The notes below the pieces were generated by a model. That model searched no databases. It worked only from the letters and a program-made list of their open reading frames with translations, and was not told the DNA's origin. This document shows positions 1-10,134 of a DNA stretch of 63,432 nt, piece after piece (position 1 is the stretch's first letter; every line of letters starts with the position of its first letter). Source of the DNA: a bacterium (GTDB lineage Bacteria; Patescibacteriota; Gracilibacteria; UBA1369; PNNO01); assembly GCA_021158225.1 (NCBI GenBank), contig JAGGUZ010000015.1, positions 1 through 63,432 on the forward strand, given 5' to 3'. Position numbers and translations under genes: made by a program.

Positions 1-31
1 AATTAGAACCGAAATTAACGGTAGTAAGGAA

Positions 32-304
32 ATGAAAACTATTAGGAAGGCTCTTAAAGCCAAAAAAGAAGTTAGTGCTGTTGGTAGTTCAGTTAATAAT
101 GTTAGTGTAGATAATCCAACCGATAATTCGGTTAAGGAACTTAAGAAAAGTCTTGATGTTGCGGATAAAGCTTTAAAGCGTCAAGACGTTGATCCTGACT
201 CGCGAAAAAAACTACTTGGCGGAATTCTTAAAAAGAAATTTGGGGATAAAAGTCAAAAATTTCTTGGTGATCATAAAGAAATAGCAGATTTGGTTACCAT
301 CTAA
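32..304 (+). CDS. hypothetical Lys-rich small protein (90 aa)
   Basis: Intact ORF with an AAGGAA Shine-Dalgarno-like motif a few nt upstream of the ATG. No recognisable motif. First gene of a co-directional trio. Confidence 0.5.
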   Translation: MKTIRKALKAKKEVSAVGSSVNNVSVDNPTDNSVKELKKSLDVADKALKRQDVDPDSRKKLLGGILKKKFGDKSQKFLGDHKEIADLVTI

Positions 305-341
305 CCTTGACAAAAAATAAGAAAATAATATAATTATAAAA

Positions 342-3300
342 ATGTTTAAATTTTTATATTTAAAACCCGGACTAAATAAATCTTCTTATCCTCATGCGTG
401 TGTGGACGATATTTTGTGGACAGAAAGAAGAATAGTGTTTTTTGCAAATGGAAATGAGATTAATAATACCGAAGAATCGAATATAGAGTCTAAAGAAGTT
501 GAAGGGCAAACTTTTGATGATGAGCCAACTGACATTGAAAAAATAGCGATGCGTACATCAGAGAAAGCAAATAGTGTGCTTGATGTTTGGGAATATGAGT
601 TTCCTGCTGATATTGATCCTGAGAAAATAAAGGAAGCCAGAAATGTTGTTAATGAATATTATCCTGTACTTCAAAAACTTGAACAAAATGTAGACGGAAT
701 TGTTGGAGAATTGCTTGGAGAAATGGATAGTGTAGGTAATGTTGAAGCTCAAAATGTTTTATGGAAGGGTATTTACGAGGTTATTCCGGAATATACGCAA
801 AGTCAACTGCGTGGAAGTGAGTCTTTTGATTCTTCGATGGGTCCGTCTGATGCTGATAAAATTATTAAACGAAATATAATTGCAATTTGGAAAAAATACA
901 GTGATAAACCACCTTCTGTAAGCATTGTAAATGCTCAGACTGAGAAACTAACGCAAATTGTGGCAGATATTGCAAAGAATGAATTTAAGATGTTAAAAAC
1001 AATTGATAAAGTTAGAGAAGTCCTTTGGGATGTGCATGAAAAATTACAGAAACAATCGATTGAGGAAAGGCTTGTTAAAAGTGCTTCTCGTCAAGTGGGG
1101 ATCCCTTTGCGAGAAGGTCAGGAATTAGAGGGGGTTGGGATAAGATTGAAAAAAGGTTTTGAGGAAGAAAAGCCTTTTATTGATAAATTTACAAAACGTT
1201 GGAGAATTAAAGAGGTCTATGTGGATAAAATGAAACCGCCTGATCTTTCAAAAGAAGATATAAAAAAATACGGTAAAGATGAAATTCTTATGAGAGGTGT
1301 TTGGGTTGCTTTGGAAGAAAGAGGAAGTGGACGAGTTCATAGAATGTCTACTAATCGTCTGCGCGATTATATTAATATTCATGATATAAAGCCTGTAGTT
1401 CACAAGAAGAAGGAAGTCTCGAAAAATGTTCTTCATCTTAGCGAAATGGGGCTGGATGTTAAAGCGGGAGATACTTTGGAATGGGATGAAATGAAAATCA
1501 ATTCAAAAACCAATAAGCCTATTGCTGATACGCAAAAGGTTACTGTCTTATCTATTGATGACAATGGTGTTAAGTTGGATAAAAAAGTCTTGTATAGAGC
1601 TTTTTACGATAGTCCGGATCTTGCGGATCATGAATATAAAGATGATATGACTCTTGGTGAGTTTGTAAAATGGATGAATAAATACAGACCTTTGCCTTTA
1701 ATGAGACTTGAGCCTCTTCTTGAGAGATTAAATGATCATTACGAGTATATGAATAAAAAATATAAGCGTTCAAAGAATTGTCATGTTCCAATAAGTTTGG
1801 AAGTTGGAGAGATATTACATGCTGATGCTCCCGGAAATCCGTTGTTCGAGGTTGAGGAAGTTGATGAATTAAAAGGAGAGATAAAACTTAAGAAAAATAG
1901 AACTTTCACTTTTCCGCAATTTCTAAGATGGGTTTATGAAAATGATATAGAACCGTACGATCCTGAACTTGAAGCGGAAAAAATGAAAACTTACTTTAAA
2001 GCAGGTAAAAAATCTGTTAATCGTGCCAGGGAAGATGCAAAGGAAACGATAGATGGTTTCCAAAAAACCGGAATTTGGCGAGATACGCTTAAAAAACTTA
2101 GAGAAAAAGGAGTTAAAGGTATAGTTGAACCGGATGTCCCTCTTCGTGGAGATGAATCTGTTGGTGCAGAAAAACAAAGTTACAGCAGGATTGCTCAATG
2201 GCTTAGAGAGACTCAGTGGCTTAGATTGGACGATATATTTAAAATGTTTACAAGCGGATGGGAATATTTTGTTCGTAATTGGGAGAGAAGACAAAAATCA
2301 AGATATTCTTCGGTTGGTAAAAATGTTCCGTGGTTTGGAACGGAATTTGAACGTATTAATCAACAAGCGGAAACGGAGGAAGTAAGCCAGTTTAAAGAGG
2401 CAATGGACCAATGGGGTGTGCCTCAAATTGAAGAGACTCTTTATGAAACAGACAATCAAGATCAAGCAAAAGCATGTTTCAATGTGCTTGCGGAAAAAGG
2501 TATGCTTAGATGGGATGATAAACGATTATACAATGCTCTTAACAAGTTCACGGATATTAATCATAAGCTTCCTATTCCAACAGGTGATCCGTATGAAAAG
2601 TTCGGTCCCGGATCAGGTAAGTTTAATGGACAACCGATTGAAGGAAAAAATGTGATTGATTTTCTTCAAGATACTATTGATTCAATATGGGGGGAAGGGT
2701 CTTATATTGGATGGAAACGTCAGAATGACGGTTCCATAGAAAGTGCTATTCAGCAATCGTATAATAAAGCTGAAGAACTTGAAAATGATCCGAAAAATGT
2801 TGGAGGTATTGCGAAAGAACTTTCCAATCTACTTACAAGGCATATGAATGGTGAGTGGATAGATCCTACTGAATACGAAGGACTTTTAAGGTTTATTATT
2901 GAGTCCGGAAAAGCTGGAGGAGGGGATAAGATATATTATCTTCTTATGGGAGTAAATGCTCGAAATGATGATGGAAGAACAATTCTTGGATGGGAACGTG
3001 TTGGACGTTTTGTAAGTAAATATTCAAATCAATTTCCGGCACTTGATTATTTTAGTTCGTCAAATCATGACCCCAAAAGAGACTTTACTACCGGAGAAAT
3101 GTTTGATTCTTCCTTTGTAAGATCAGATTTTGATAGCCTTACTGATAGATGGAAGGCTAACGGAAAAGAAAAAGGGTTTTTTTCTTCGGAGTATACAGAT
3201 GCGACAGCCTTTTTAAAAAATAACATATTAACATCTGATACGGTGCAGCTTCGTCTTGAGAAAGCTATAAGAAATGCTCAGAATATGGATCATGATGATA

Positions 3301-3992
3301 CGCCATTTTATATTCCGGCTCTTAATGATTCCGAAATGGAATCCATATGTGATTCAACCGGTGGAGCTACAAAAAAGTTTACAATTCAGGGTTACAAAAA
3401 TGCATATGTCGGTTTTGGAATGAGAATGGATGCATTGGTTGATAGATATGATGAGGAAAAGCAATTTGAGGATAACGGTAAGGTTGGATATTCCGCATCT
3501 TATACCAGAAAATTAATAACATCATTTAAGTCGTATATGAATTATGATGGGATCTTAGATGGTCGTTTTAAAAAGAAAAGAGGAGCAAGTTTACAGAGGT
3601 TGGGGGCTAGTGATTATCAAACGGGATGTGTTTGGGATGGCAATAGACCTCTTAAAAGATATCAAGATGAGATGAAAGGACTTATTATTGAAATTGCTAA
3701 TGCATATGGGCGTGGGGATGACGCCAATTTGGTTGAATTACCGTTTAAAAAAGGTGCTCCGGAAACTGCGATTCAGTATTTCGGACCAAGATTTGAAAAA
3801 ATGATTATGGATGATGATCAAGGAGCAAAACTTATTGAAATTGTTAGAAAACATAAATTTCTTTCCGATGACTTGACCATTGAAGATGCCACTACGAGAT
3901 TTAGGAATAAGGCTAAAATGTATGAATATGATTCGAGTAGTCTTAACGAATGGTTGCCGGAAGGAGAAGGGCAAAGAGGAGATAATGAATAA
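342..3992 (+). CDS. hypothetical large protein (1216 aa), no signal peptide, no recognised catalytic motif
   Basis: Uninterrupted 3.65-kb ORF 37 nt after the previous gene. Charged, mixed composition typical of a real protein. All internal ORFs on other frames are short shadows. Confidence 0.75.
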   Translation: MFKFLYLKPGLNKSSYPHACVDDILWTERRIVFFANGNEINNTEESNIESKEVEGQTFDDEPTDIEKIAMRTSEKANSVLDVWEYEFPADIDPEKIKEARNVVNEYYPVLQKLEQNVDGIVGELLGEMDSVGNVEAQNVLWKGIYEVIPEYTQSQLRGSESFDSSMGPSDADKIIKRNIIAIWKKYSDKPPSVSIVNAQTEKLTQIVADIAKNEFKMLKTIDKVREVLWDVHEKLQKQSIEERLVKSASRQVGIPLREGQELEGVGIRLKKGFEEEKPFIDKFTKRWRIKEVYVDKMKPPDLSKEDIKKYGKDEILMRGVWVALEERGSGRVHRMSTNRLRDYINIHDIKPVVHKKKEVSKNVLHLSEMGLDVKAGDTLEWDEMKINSKTNKPIADTQKVTVLSIDDNGVKLDKKVLYRAFYDSPDLADHEYKDDMTLGEFVKWMNKYRPLPLMRLEPLLERLNDHYEYMNKKYKRSKNCHVPISLEVGEILHADAPGNPLFEVEEVDELKGEIKLKKNRTFTFPQFLRWVYENDIEPYDPELEAEKMKTYFKAGKKSVNRAREDAKETIDGFQKTGIWRDTLKKLREKGVKGIVEPDVPLRGDESVGAEKQSYSRIAQWLRETQWLRLDDIFKMFTSGWEYFVRNWERRQKSRYSSVGKNVPWFGTEFERINQQAETEEVSQFKEAMDQWGVPQIEETLYETDNQDQAKACFNVLAEKGMLRWDDKRLYNALNKFTDINHKLPIPTGDPYEKFGPGSGKFNGQPIEGKNVIDFLQDTIDSIWGEGSYIGWKRQNDGSIESAIQQSYNKAEELENDPKNVGGIAKELSNLLTRHMNGEWIDPTEYEGLLRFIIESGKAGGGDKIYYLLMGVNARNDDGRTILGWERVGRFVSKYSNQFPALDYFSSSNHDPKRDFTTGEMFDSSFVRSDFDSLTDRWKANGKEKGFFSSEYTDATAFLKNNILTSDTVQLRLEKAIRNAQNMDHDDTPFYIPALNDSEMESICDSTGGATKKFTIQGYKNAYVGFGMRMDALVDRYDEEKQFEDNGKVGYSASYTRKLITSFKSYMNYDGILDGRFKKKRGASLQRLGASDYQTGCVWDGNRPLKRYQDEMKGLIIEIANAYGRGDDANLVELPFKKGAPETAIQYFGPRFEKMIMDDDQGAKLIEIVRKHKFLSDDLTIEDATTRFRNKAKMYEYDSSSLNEWLPEGEGQRGDNE

Positions 3993-4075
3993 AGGATTAC
4001 TGCATAGCATAACAGGGGGCTTGACAAAAGCAATAAAGATGTTACAATGGGAGCCTTTAATTCATTGTAGTATTT

Positions 4076-6187
4076 ATGAGTGACAAAAAAAATGAATCTG
4101 ATATAATCGGCCAGGCTCAAGTTTCAGTAATATGTGATTCTGATGATATGTCTAGGGATTTGCCAATGCAAAGTGCTATAGATGTTGTTGCAAGGTCAAT
4201 GAGAAATGCCGAGAAAAAGCGTCAAGAAACTGCTGTAAATGCAGATATTTTTGCTAAATCATTAAGACGATTTCTTTTGAATCATGATTTGTTGAGCGAT
4301 GATGATGATCGTAAAGTATCTCGATCTTTCTTTAATGTTGTTCCTAGATTAGCGAAAGAAGCTTTTGTTAGATTAAGAGAGCAATCTCCGTCATATAAAG
4401 ATCTTTATGATGAATTGGATAAACTGATCTCTAATGTTTCCGTCACAATGAATAGAAATTGTCTTTATTCGGAAAACGAACTTAGTGATCTTACAGATGC
4501 ATTAATGGGTTATGTTTGGAAAACTCCGATTCGTCCATATATTAGAAATATGTTATTGAGAGAAACAGCTATAAAATCTATTGATTTGCTTGCTTTATGG
4601 CATAGCGCTGTTGATACGGAAGGTTTAACGCGGGAAGAGGCTATAAAACAGCTTGAGTATTGCGGTGAGAGGGCTAACGATGTCTCTAAAATATTTACAA
4701 GCAATAATACAACTTATTTTTGTGAAGAAGTTGAAGATATAAACGATATACAGCAATTACAAGAGATATGGAATAATGAAGATGGTTATAGTTCTGTAAG
4801 TTGGGAGAAAAAACATGGATCTTTTGTGAAATCCAGTTTGATGTATGCAATTCACATGATTGATGGGACTATAGATCGGAAGGAAACTAAAATGGTTATG
4901 CAGGAGATAAAGAGAAGGGTTAATGCAGTTTGTACCGACATAGATAGTGGCAGAATATTGATAAATCCTACAAATGAAGGGAAAATAGGTCCAAATAGCC
5001 TAGTTGTTGATAATATTGATTTTAATTCAAAAGACACTGTAAGTGAATATTTGAAATTTTTAACTAAATTATTAAGTGATAATATCCCGCCTGACGTTCA
5101 TACAACTTCCGATAGACACAGGTTTAGGGCTTACTTGCCTGAAGATCCAAGAGAATCTCATCCTTCATTTAAAAATCTTCCAAAAGAAGTTGCGGAAATT
5201 ACATCTGCAACAAAATGGATGGCTATTATAATGATGCTTTTTGGAACAACTGTTGATAAAAGAAATATAAGAAATTCAATTAATACGGGACATGGAATTA
5301 ATGGAAACAGTGGGAGAGTTCATAGAGCTCTTCAATGGAAGGGAGCTGTTTTTATTGATAAATATCCCGATGGAAGACTAAGAGAGAAAGCAAAAGCGTA
5401 TATGTATGAAGCTCAAGGGCTTTGTTTTGTACCTGAGGGAAGCTATGAAGCTGATATTGCTGAATATACGGAGAAAAAAAGGTTTAAAGTACGGGAGGTT
5501 CTTGGTGTTGGAGTAAGTTTTGCGGAAGATACATTAAATCTTTGTGATGTGTTTGCTAATCGATATAGATTTTTAAACGATAGTCCCGAGGCGAGAGAGC
5601 TTGCGGAAGCAACTTTTGGTTATAAGATGATAGGGGTTCCGTTTATGAAGGAGACTGTAGCAAATAAAATACTTGGTAGACTTACAAGTGATGATTCTAC
5701 TACTAAAGAGATCTTTAAAAATTTGTTTCAGGAACAATCTAATAGAAGAAAACTTATGCAAACTCTTTTGGAAATGGAATCTTATCTTTCTGGTCTAAAG
5801 AGACATTATTTGCTTATGAGGAGTCAACAATTGCTTCAGATAGCAAGTCGAATTATTGAGGATCAAAGTCTTGTATCAAAAATCGCCGAATTTAACAGGC
5901 GTTTAATAAGCGGACAGTTTGTTGAAAGGCTTGATGTAGATAATCGAATTCGAGCTTTACGAGAGGCATTTAGAGAATATTATATTCTTCGCGAATTTGA
6001 TGAACATGACAACGAGAATCGTGCTCACATGGAAAATCTTCTAAATGAACTTAGTCAAATTGCAAAAAATGGACCTTCTGGGCTAGATTTCAAATTAAGA
6101 CAAGTTAAACAGCTTTATTTAACGGAGAATACTGATAAGAATCAGGACTTAGCTAATCCCGATCAATTATCTCTTTTTGAAGATTAG
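4076..6187 (+). CDS. hypothetical protein (703 aa), no signal peptide, no recognised motif
   Basis: Uninterrupted 2.1-kb ORF 83 nt downstream of the 1216-aa gene. Its 3' end overlaps the 3' end of thrS by 35 nt. Confidence 0.7.
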   Translation: MSDKKNESDIIGQAQVSVICDSDDMSRDLPMQSAIDVVARSMRNAEKKRQETAVNADIFAKSLRRFLLNHDLLSDDDDRKVSRSFFNVVPRLAKEAFVRLREQSPSYKDLYDELDKLISNVSVTMNRNCLYSENELSDLTDALMGYVWKTPIRPYIRNMLLRETAIKSIDLLALWHSAVDTEGLTREEAIKQLEYCGERANDVSKIFTSNNTTYFCEEVEDINDIQQLQEIWNNEDGYSSVSWEKKHGSFVKSSLMYAIHMIDGTIDRKETKMVMQEIKRRVNAVCTDIDSGRILINPTNEGKIGPNSLVVDNIDFNSKDTVSEYLKFLTKLLSDNIPPDVHTTSDRHRFRAYLPEDPRESHPSFKNLPKEVAEITSATKWMAIIMMLFGTTVDKRNIRNSINTGHGINGNSGRVHRALQWKGAVFIDKYPDGRLREKAKAYMYEAQGLCFVPEGSYEADIAEYTEKKRFKVREVLGVGVSFAEDTLNLCDVFANRYRFLNDSPEARELAEATFGYKMIGVPFMKETVANKILGRLTSDDSTTKEIFKNLFQEQSNRRKLMQTLLEMESYLSGLKRHYLLMRSQQLLQIASRIIEDQSLVSKIAEFNRRLISGQFVERLDVDNRIRALREAFREYYILREFDEHDNENRAHMENLLNELSQIAKNGPSGLDFKLRQVKQLYLTENTDKNQDLANPDQLSLFED

Positions 6188-7934
6188 TTAGGAATTTCTC
6201 CGCTTTTACAGTCTCTTGTTTTTTGGTCTTATAGTTGCGAATAGCCAAACTTTTTGCCTTAACCTCCTTGTCTCCGACAACAGCCATATATGGGATTTTT
6301 TTCATTTCTGCGAGCCTGATTCTTTTCCCGAGAGTATCGGTTGAATTATAAAGTTTGGCTCGTATCCCTTTTTCTTTCAGTTTTTTCAAGATTTCTTCCG
6401 CATATTTCTCGTGTGCTTGTGCAACCGGAATTATTACAACAGGTATTGGAGCCAGCCAAGCCGGGAACGCTCCTCCGTAATGTTCTATTAAAACGCCTAT
6501 AAATCGTTCTAAAGAACCAAGTAGAGCCCTGTGAATCATAAACGGTGTATGATTTTTTCCATCTTCGCCAACATAAGCCATACCGAATCTGGTTGGTAAA
6601 TTAAAATCAAACTGAATTGTTGATAATTGCCATTTTCGTCCTATTGAATCAGCTACTTTTACATCAATTTTAGGCCCGTAAAATACAGCTCCTCCTATGT
6701 CATATATATAATCTTTAAATCCGGATGCCTCTAAGACTTCTTTTAAAGTATTTTCGGCTTGTTTCCATAATTTGTCTTCACCAATAAACTTGCTTTTGTT
6801 CTCCGGATCTCGCACGCTTACATTCATTTCAATATCTTTAAATCCAAATGTATTTAAGATGTAAAGCGTTAGTTTAAGAGCTTTTTCAAGTTCTTCTTTA
6901 AGCTGATCCGGTCTGCATATAATATGGGCATCATCTTGCGTGAATCCTCTAACTCTTGTTAGTCCATGTAAAGTCCCACTTCTTTCATATCTGTAAACTG
7001 TTCCCATTTCTGTCCATCTAAAAGGTAATTCTCGGTAACTTCTTGTTGATGAATTGTACATTTTCACATGCAATGGACAGTTCATCGGTTTAAGCTTGTA
7101 TTCTTCTTCGTCGATAGTTAACGATCCGTACATACTGTCACTATAGAAGTCCAAATGGCCTGAATGACTCCAAAGCGCGACATTTGCTATATGTGGAGTA
7201 CTTACAGGGTCATATCCATTTTCCAAGTATGTATTAAAAGCGAATTCCATTACTTTATGTCTTATATAGGCTCCATTTGGTAACCAAAGTGGCAAACCGG
7301 CTCCTACTTCTTCGTCGAACATAAATAAATCAAGATCTGTTCCAAGCCGTCTGTGGTCTCTCTTTTTTGCTTCCTCCATTTGTTTTAAGTAGTCGTCCAA
7401 TTCTTTTTGCGTTGTGAAACAAACAGCGTAAATTCTTTGTAACATAGGTCTTTTTTCATCTCCGCGCCAATATGCACCTGCCGTATGAGTAAGTTTAAAA
7501 GGTCCTATTTTAGAGGTTCCTTCCAAATGTGGACCTTCACACATGTCAACAAAAGTCATTTCACCTTTCTGGTTTATATTCTCGTAAAAAGTAATTTTAT
7601 CGAAACCCTCTTTTTTAAGATCATTTGAGGCTTCAACTTTGTAATCTTGATTTATTTTCTCCAAATAACTTATTGATTCATCAACATTTTTTTCCACCAA
7701 TTTAAATTTTTGATTTTGCTTTACGATATGTTTCATTTTCTTTTCCAAAATTGGTAAATCTTCCGGAATTAAGGTTCTTGGAAGATCAAAATCGTAATAA
7801 AATCCGTTCTCAATAGCAGGTCCGAACCCAAGTTTTGCTTCCGGAAACATCTCAAGAACGGCTTGTGCAAGTACATGAGCGCAAGAATGTCTCATTTTTT
7901 CCACATCCGGTGTTGCTGAAGTCTTTTTAGCCAT
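6153..7934 (-). CDS. thrS: threonine--tRNA ligase (short form lacking the N-terminal TGS domain)
   Basis: The HSCAHVLAQAV editing-domain motif sits at residue ~16. Class II core (FRWTEMGTVYRYERSG, RALLGSLERFIGVLIEHYGGAFPAWLAP) and a C-terminal anticodon-binding region are present. Confidence 0.93.
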   Translation of the reverse strand: MAKKTSATPDVEKMRHSCAHVLAQAVLEMFPEAKLGFGPAIENGFYYDFDLPRTLIPEDLPILEKKMKHIVKQNQKFKLVEKNVDESISYLEKINQDYKVEASNDLKKEGFDKITFYENINQKGEMTFVDMCEGPHLEGTSKIGPFKLTHTAGAYWRGDEKRPMLQRIYAVCFTTQKELDDYLKQMEEAKKRDHRRLGTDLDLFMFDEEVGAGLPLWLPNGAYIRHKVMEFAFNTYLENGYDPVSTPHIANVALWSHSGHLDFYSDSMYGSLTIDEEEYKLKPMNCPLHVKMYNSSTRSYRELPFRWTEMGTVYRYERSGTLHGLTRVRGFTQDDAHIICRPDQLKEELEKALKLTLYILNTFGFKDIEMNVSVRDPENKSKFIGEDKLWKQAENTLKEVLEASGFKDYIYDIGGAVFYGPKIDVKVADSIGRKWQLSTIQFDFNLPTRFGMAYVGEDGKNHTPFMIHRALLGSLERFIGVLIEHYGGAFPAWLAPIPVVIIPVAQAHEKYAEEILKKLKEKGIRAKLYNSTDTLGKRIRLAEMKKIPYMAVVGDKEVKAKSLAIRNYKTKKQETVKAEKFLTNLQKEIIDRD

Positions 7935-8039
7935 TTATATAAAGGTCAATAATATTATGTCATTATTGATAGTAGACAAATAGCCCTATTGAGTCAACAC
8001 GCTCCGTTTGTTATTATGCAGAAGATTAAAAGCGAAAAT

Positions 8040-9131
8040 ATGTGGCTTAAGACAATATCTCTGGAACACTTTCGTAATTACGAGAAATTAAAAATAGATT
8101 TTAATAAGGATGACAAAGTTCATCTTATTATTGGGGAAAATGCCCAAGGTAAGACGAATTTCCTTGAAGCTATTTTGCTTTTATCGATGGCAAAATCTTT
8201 TAGATCTATTCATTATAACGATCTTATTAAGTGGGATAGCGATTATATGAGAATTACCGGTAAAACAAAAATTGTAGATGAAGACTTATCACTCGAATTT
8301 TTTGTTAGCAAAAAACCCGTGGAAAAAAAGAATTTCAGAAAAAATGGTGTAGATATAAAAGTAAGAGAATTTATAGGACATCTGAATACTGTACTTTTTC
8401 ATCCGGAAGATTTAAATATGCTTTATTTAACACCGGCTCTTAGAAGAAAATATATAAATACCGTTTTGTCGCAGATAGATCCCCTTTATTTTGATGCAAT
8501 AATTAATTATAACAAGATTTTAAAACAAAGAAACAAGATATTAATGTTTATTTCAGAAGGACATACTAAAAATGATGAACTTTTTGTTTGGGATGAGAAA
8601 ATGGCTGAATATGGATCATATATTTACAAAAAACGGCAAGAATTTATAAATTATTACAATAATATGATTTCCGAACAATATGAGAATATTGCCGGAGAAG
8701 ATGAAAAAATTGAAATTAGAAATATTTGTAGTTTTGGTGATGTGCCTTTTTCCAAGGAAGATTATTTAAATGTCTTGGGGACTTGTCAGTCAAAGGATTT
8801 ACGTTATCAACAAACACAAAGTGGACCCCATAGAGATGATTTACGATTCTTTTTTAATGGAAAAAATGTTGATACTTTTGCTTCTAGAGGGGAAATGAGA
8901 ACACTTTTAATAGCAATAAAACTTGCGGAAATACAGTTCTTACAGGCGCAAACAGGTCATAGGCCTATTTTGTTGCTAGACGATGTTTTTTCCGAATTGG
9001 ATAAAAATAGGCAACAGTTGTTATTAAAGGCAATAAAAGGGTATCAATCTTTTGTTACAACAACTCATCATGATTTTTCAATTGATGAAGCGCGTATAAT
9101 GGAAATTAAATCTGGGGCATTATTAGATTAA
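8040..9131 (+). CDS. recF: DNA replication and repair protein RecF
   Basis: Walker A GENAQGKTNFLEAI and Walker B ILLLDDVFSELD. The RecF-typical N-terminus MWLKTISLEHFRNY favours ATG 8040 over the upstream TTG at 7989. Confidence 0.9.
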   Translation: MWLKTISLEHFRNYEKLKIDFNKDDKVHLIIGENAQGKTNFLEAILLLSMAKSFRSIHYNDLIKWDSDYMRITGKTKIVDEDLSLEFFVSKKPVEKKNFRKNGVDIKVREFIGHLNTVLFHPEDLNMLYLTPALRRKYINTVLSQIDPLYFDAIINYNKILKQRNKILMFISEGHTKNDELFVWDEKMAEYGSYIYKKRQEFINYYNNMISEQYENIAGEDEKIEIRNICSFGDVPFSKEDYLNVLGTCQSKDLRYQQTQSGPHRDDLRFFFNGKNVDTFASRGEMRTLLIAIKLAEIQFLQAQTGHRPILLLDDVFSELDKNRQQLLLKAIKGYQSFVTTTHHDFSIDEARIMEIKSGALLD

Positions 9132-9178
9132 TTGTATTTTAAAGATTACGCTTAATTCTAGCTGAAAAGTCAAGAATA

Positions 9179-9187
9179 TGTTATAAT
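9179..9187 (+). promoter_or_regulatory. extended -10 element (TGtTATAAT) upstream of the PrsW-like gene
   Basis: TGTTATAAT lies 26 nt upstream of the in-frame ATG at 9213. No good -35 was seen. Confidence 0.4.
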
Positions 9188-9212
9188 ACAGTTGTATATA
9201 GCATGTTTTTTT

Positions 9213-10061
9213 ATGGAAGATCTTATTGTAATAACAAAAATAGCAATAATTACTGTGGCTTCAATGCTTGCATTTGTGCCTATATTATTATGGGGGTATC
9301 ACTTTTATAAAAAGCACGCCGAAAAACAAAAGTATGTGGTTTTAACATTTGTTGCAGGGGCTTTATCGGTTATCCCGTTGCTTTCATATAGGCTTTTATG
9401 GAATTATTTTCCTTGGATAAATGCGTTTCTATGGACAAGAAATTTGAAGGCTGATTTAGTTGGTTTTTCAACTTTTGCATTGGTTCCCATATCGGTTATT
9501 GCAACTTTTATGCTTGTTGGAATTATAGAGGAAACATCAAAAATGCTTGCTGTACGGACTATAGATGTGAAGGTGTTTAAAAGTATCGATGATGTAATAG
9601 AGTTTGCAATAATAGCGGCTCTTGGGTTTTCGTTTATAGAAAATATTATTTATTTTTATAATATTATTAGTGTTCGTGGGTTTGAACAACTCTTATTTCC
9701 ATTTATTTTCAGATCACTCTTTTCTACTTTCGCACATATCATGTTTTCCGGTATTTTTGGCTATTATTACGGCATAGGCTATTTTGCGAATAAAGAACTT
9801 AAAAGTGAGATACGTAAAAACAGACATCCGTTTCTTAAATTTTTTCATAAATATTTCCATTTTAAAGAAAATATATTATTTAAAGATGAAAAAGTTCTTG
9901 AAGGGCTTTTTGTAGCTACAACATTACATGCCGTTTTTAATATTTTTCTTGAGATGGAATGGACGTTTCTTATAGTCCCATTCTTGTTTAGTGGGTATTT
10001 AATGCTTAATTATCTACTTAATCGAAAAGAATCTCTTAAAGAATACGGAAGAGTTTACTAA
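9213..10061 (+). CDS. PrsW-family intramembrane glutamic/metallo-protease-like membrane protein
   Basis: Polytopic membrane protein with PrsW signatures IIEETSKMLA, GFSFIENIIY and TLHAVFN. The ORF track starts at TTG 9192, but ATG 9213 fits the promoter better. Confidence 0.65.
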   Translation: MEDLIVITKIAIITVASMLAFVPILLWGYHFYKKHAEKQKYVVLTFVAGALSVIPLLSYRLLWNYFPWINAFLWTRNLKADLVGFSTFALVPISVIATFMLVGIIEETSKMLAVRTIDVKVFKSIDDVIEFAIIAALGFSFIENIIYFYNIISVRGFEQLLFPFIFRSLFSTFAHIMFSGIFGYYYGIGYFANKELKSEIRKNRHPFLKFFHKYFHFKENILFKDEKVLEGLFVATTLHAVFNIFLEMEWTFLIVPFLFSGYLMLNYLLNRKESLKEYGRVY

Positions 10062-10134
10062 AAACTTGATTTACTTGCGTCAATATGTTATTTTGACTGC
10101 TGCGCTTTTTTCTGTGTAAAATAAAATTTTATTA

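Noticed and set aside
2601-2625. GPGSGKF in the 1216-aa protein as a Walker A P-loop
   Set aside because: It does not fit GxxxxGK(S/T): the spacing is wrong and Phe follows Lys. No Walker B or other NTPase motifs were found.
558-2655. Several 60-120-aa ORFs on other frames within the 1216-aa gene
   Set aside because: All are nested in or antisense to the long ORF. They have Phe/Ile/Asn/Ser-rich random-looking sequences and no independent start signals.
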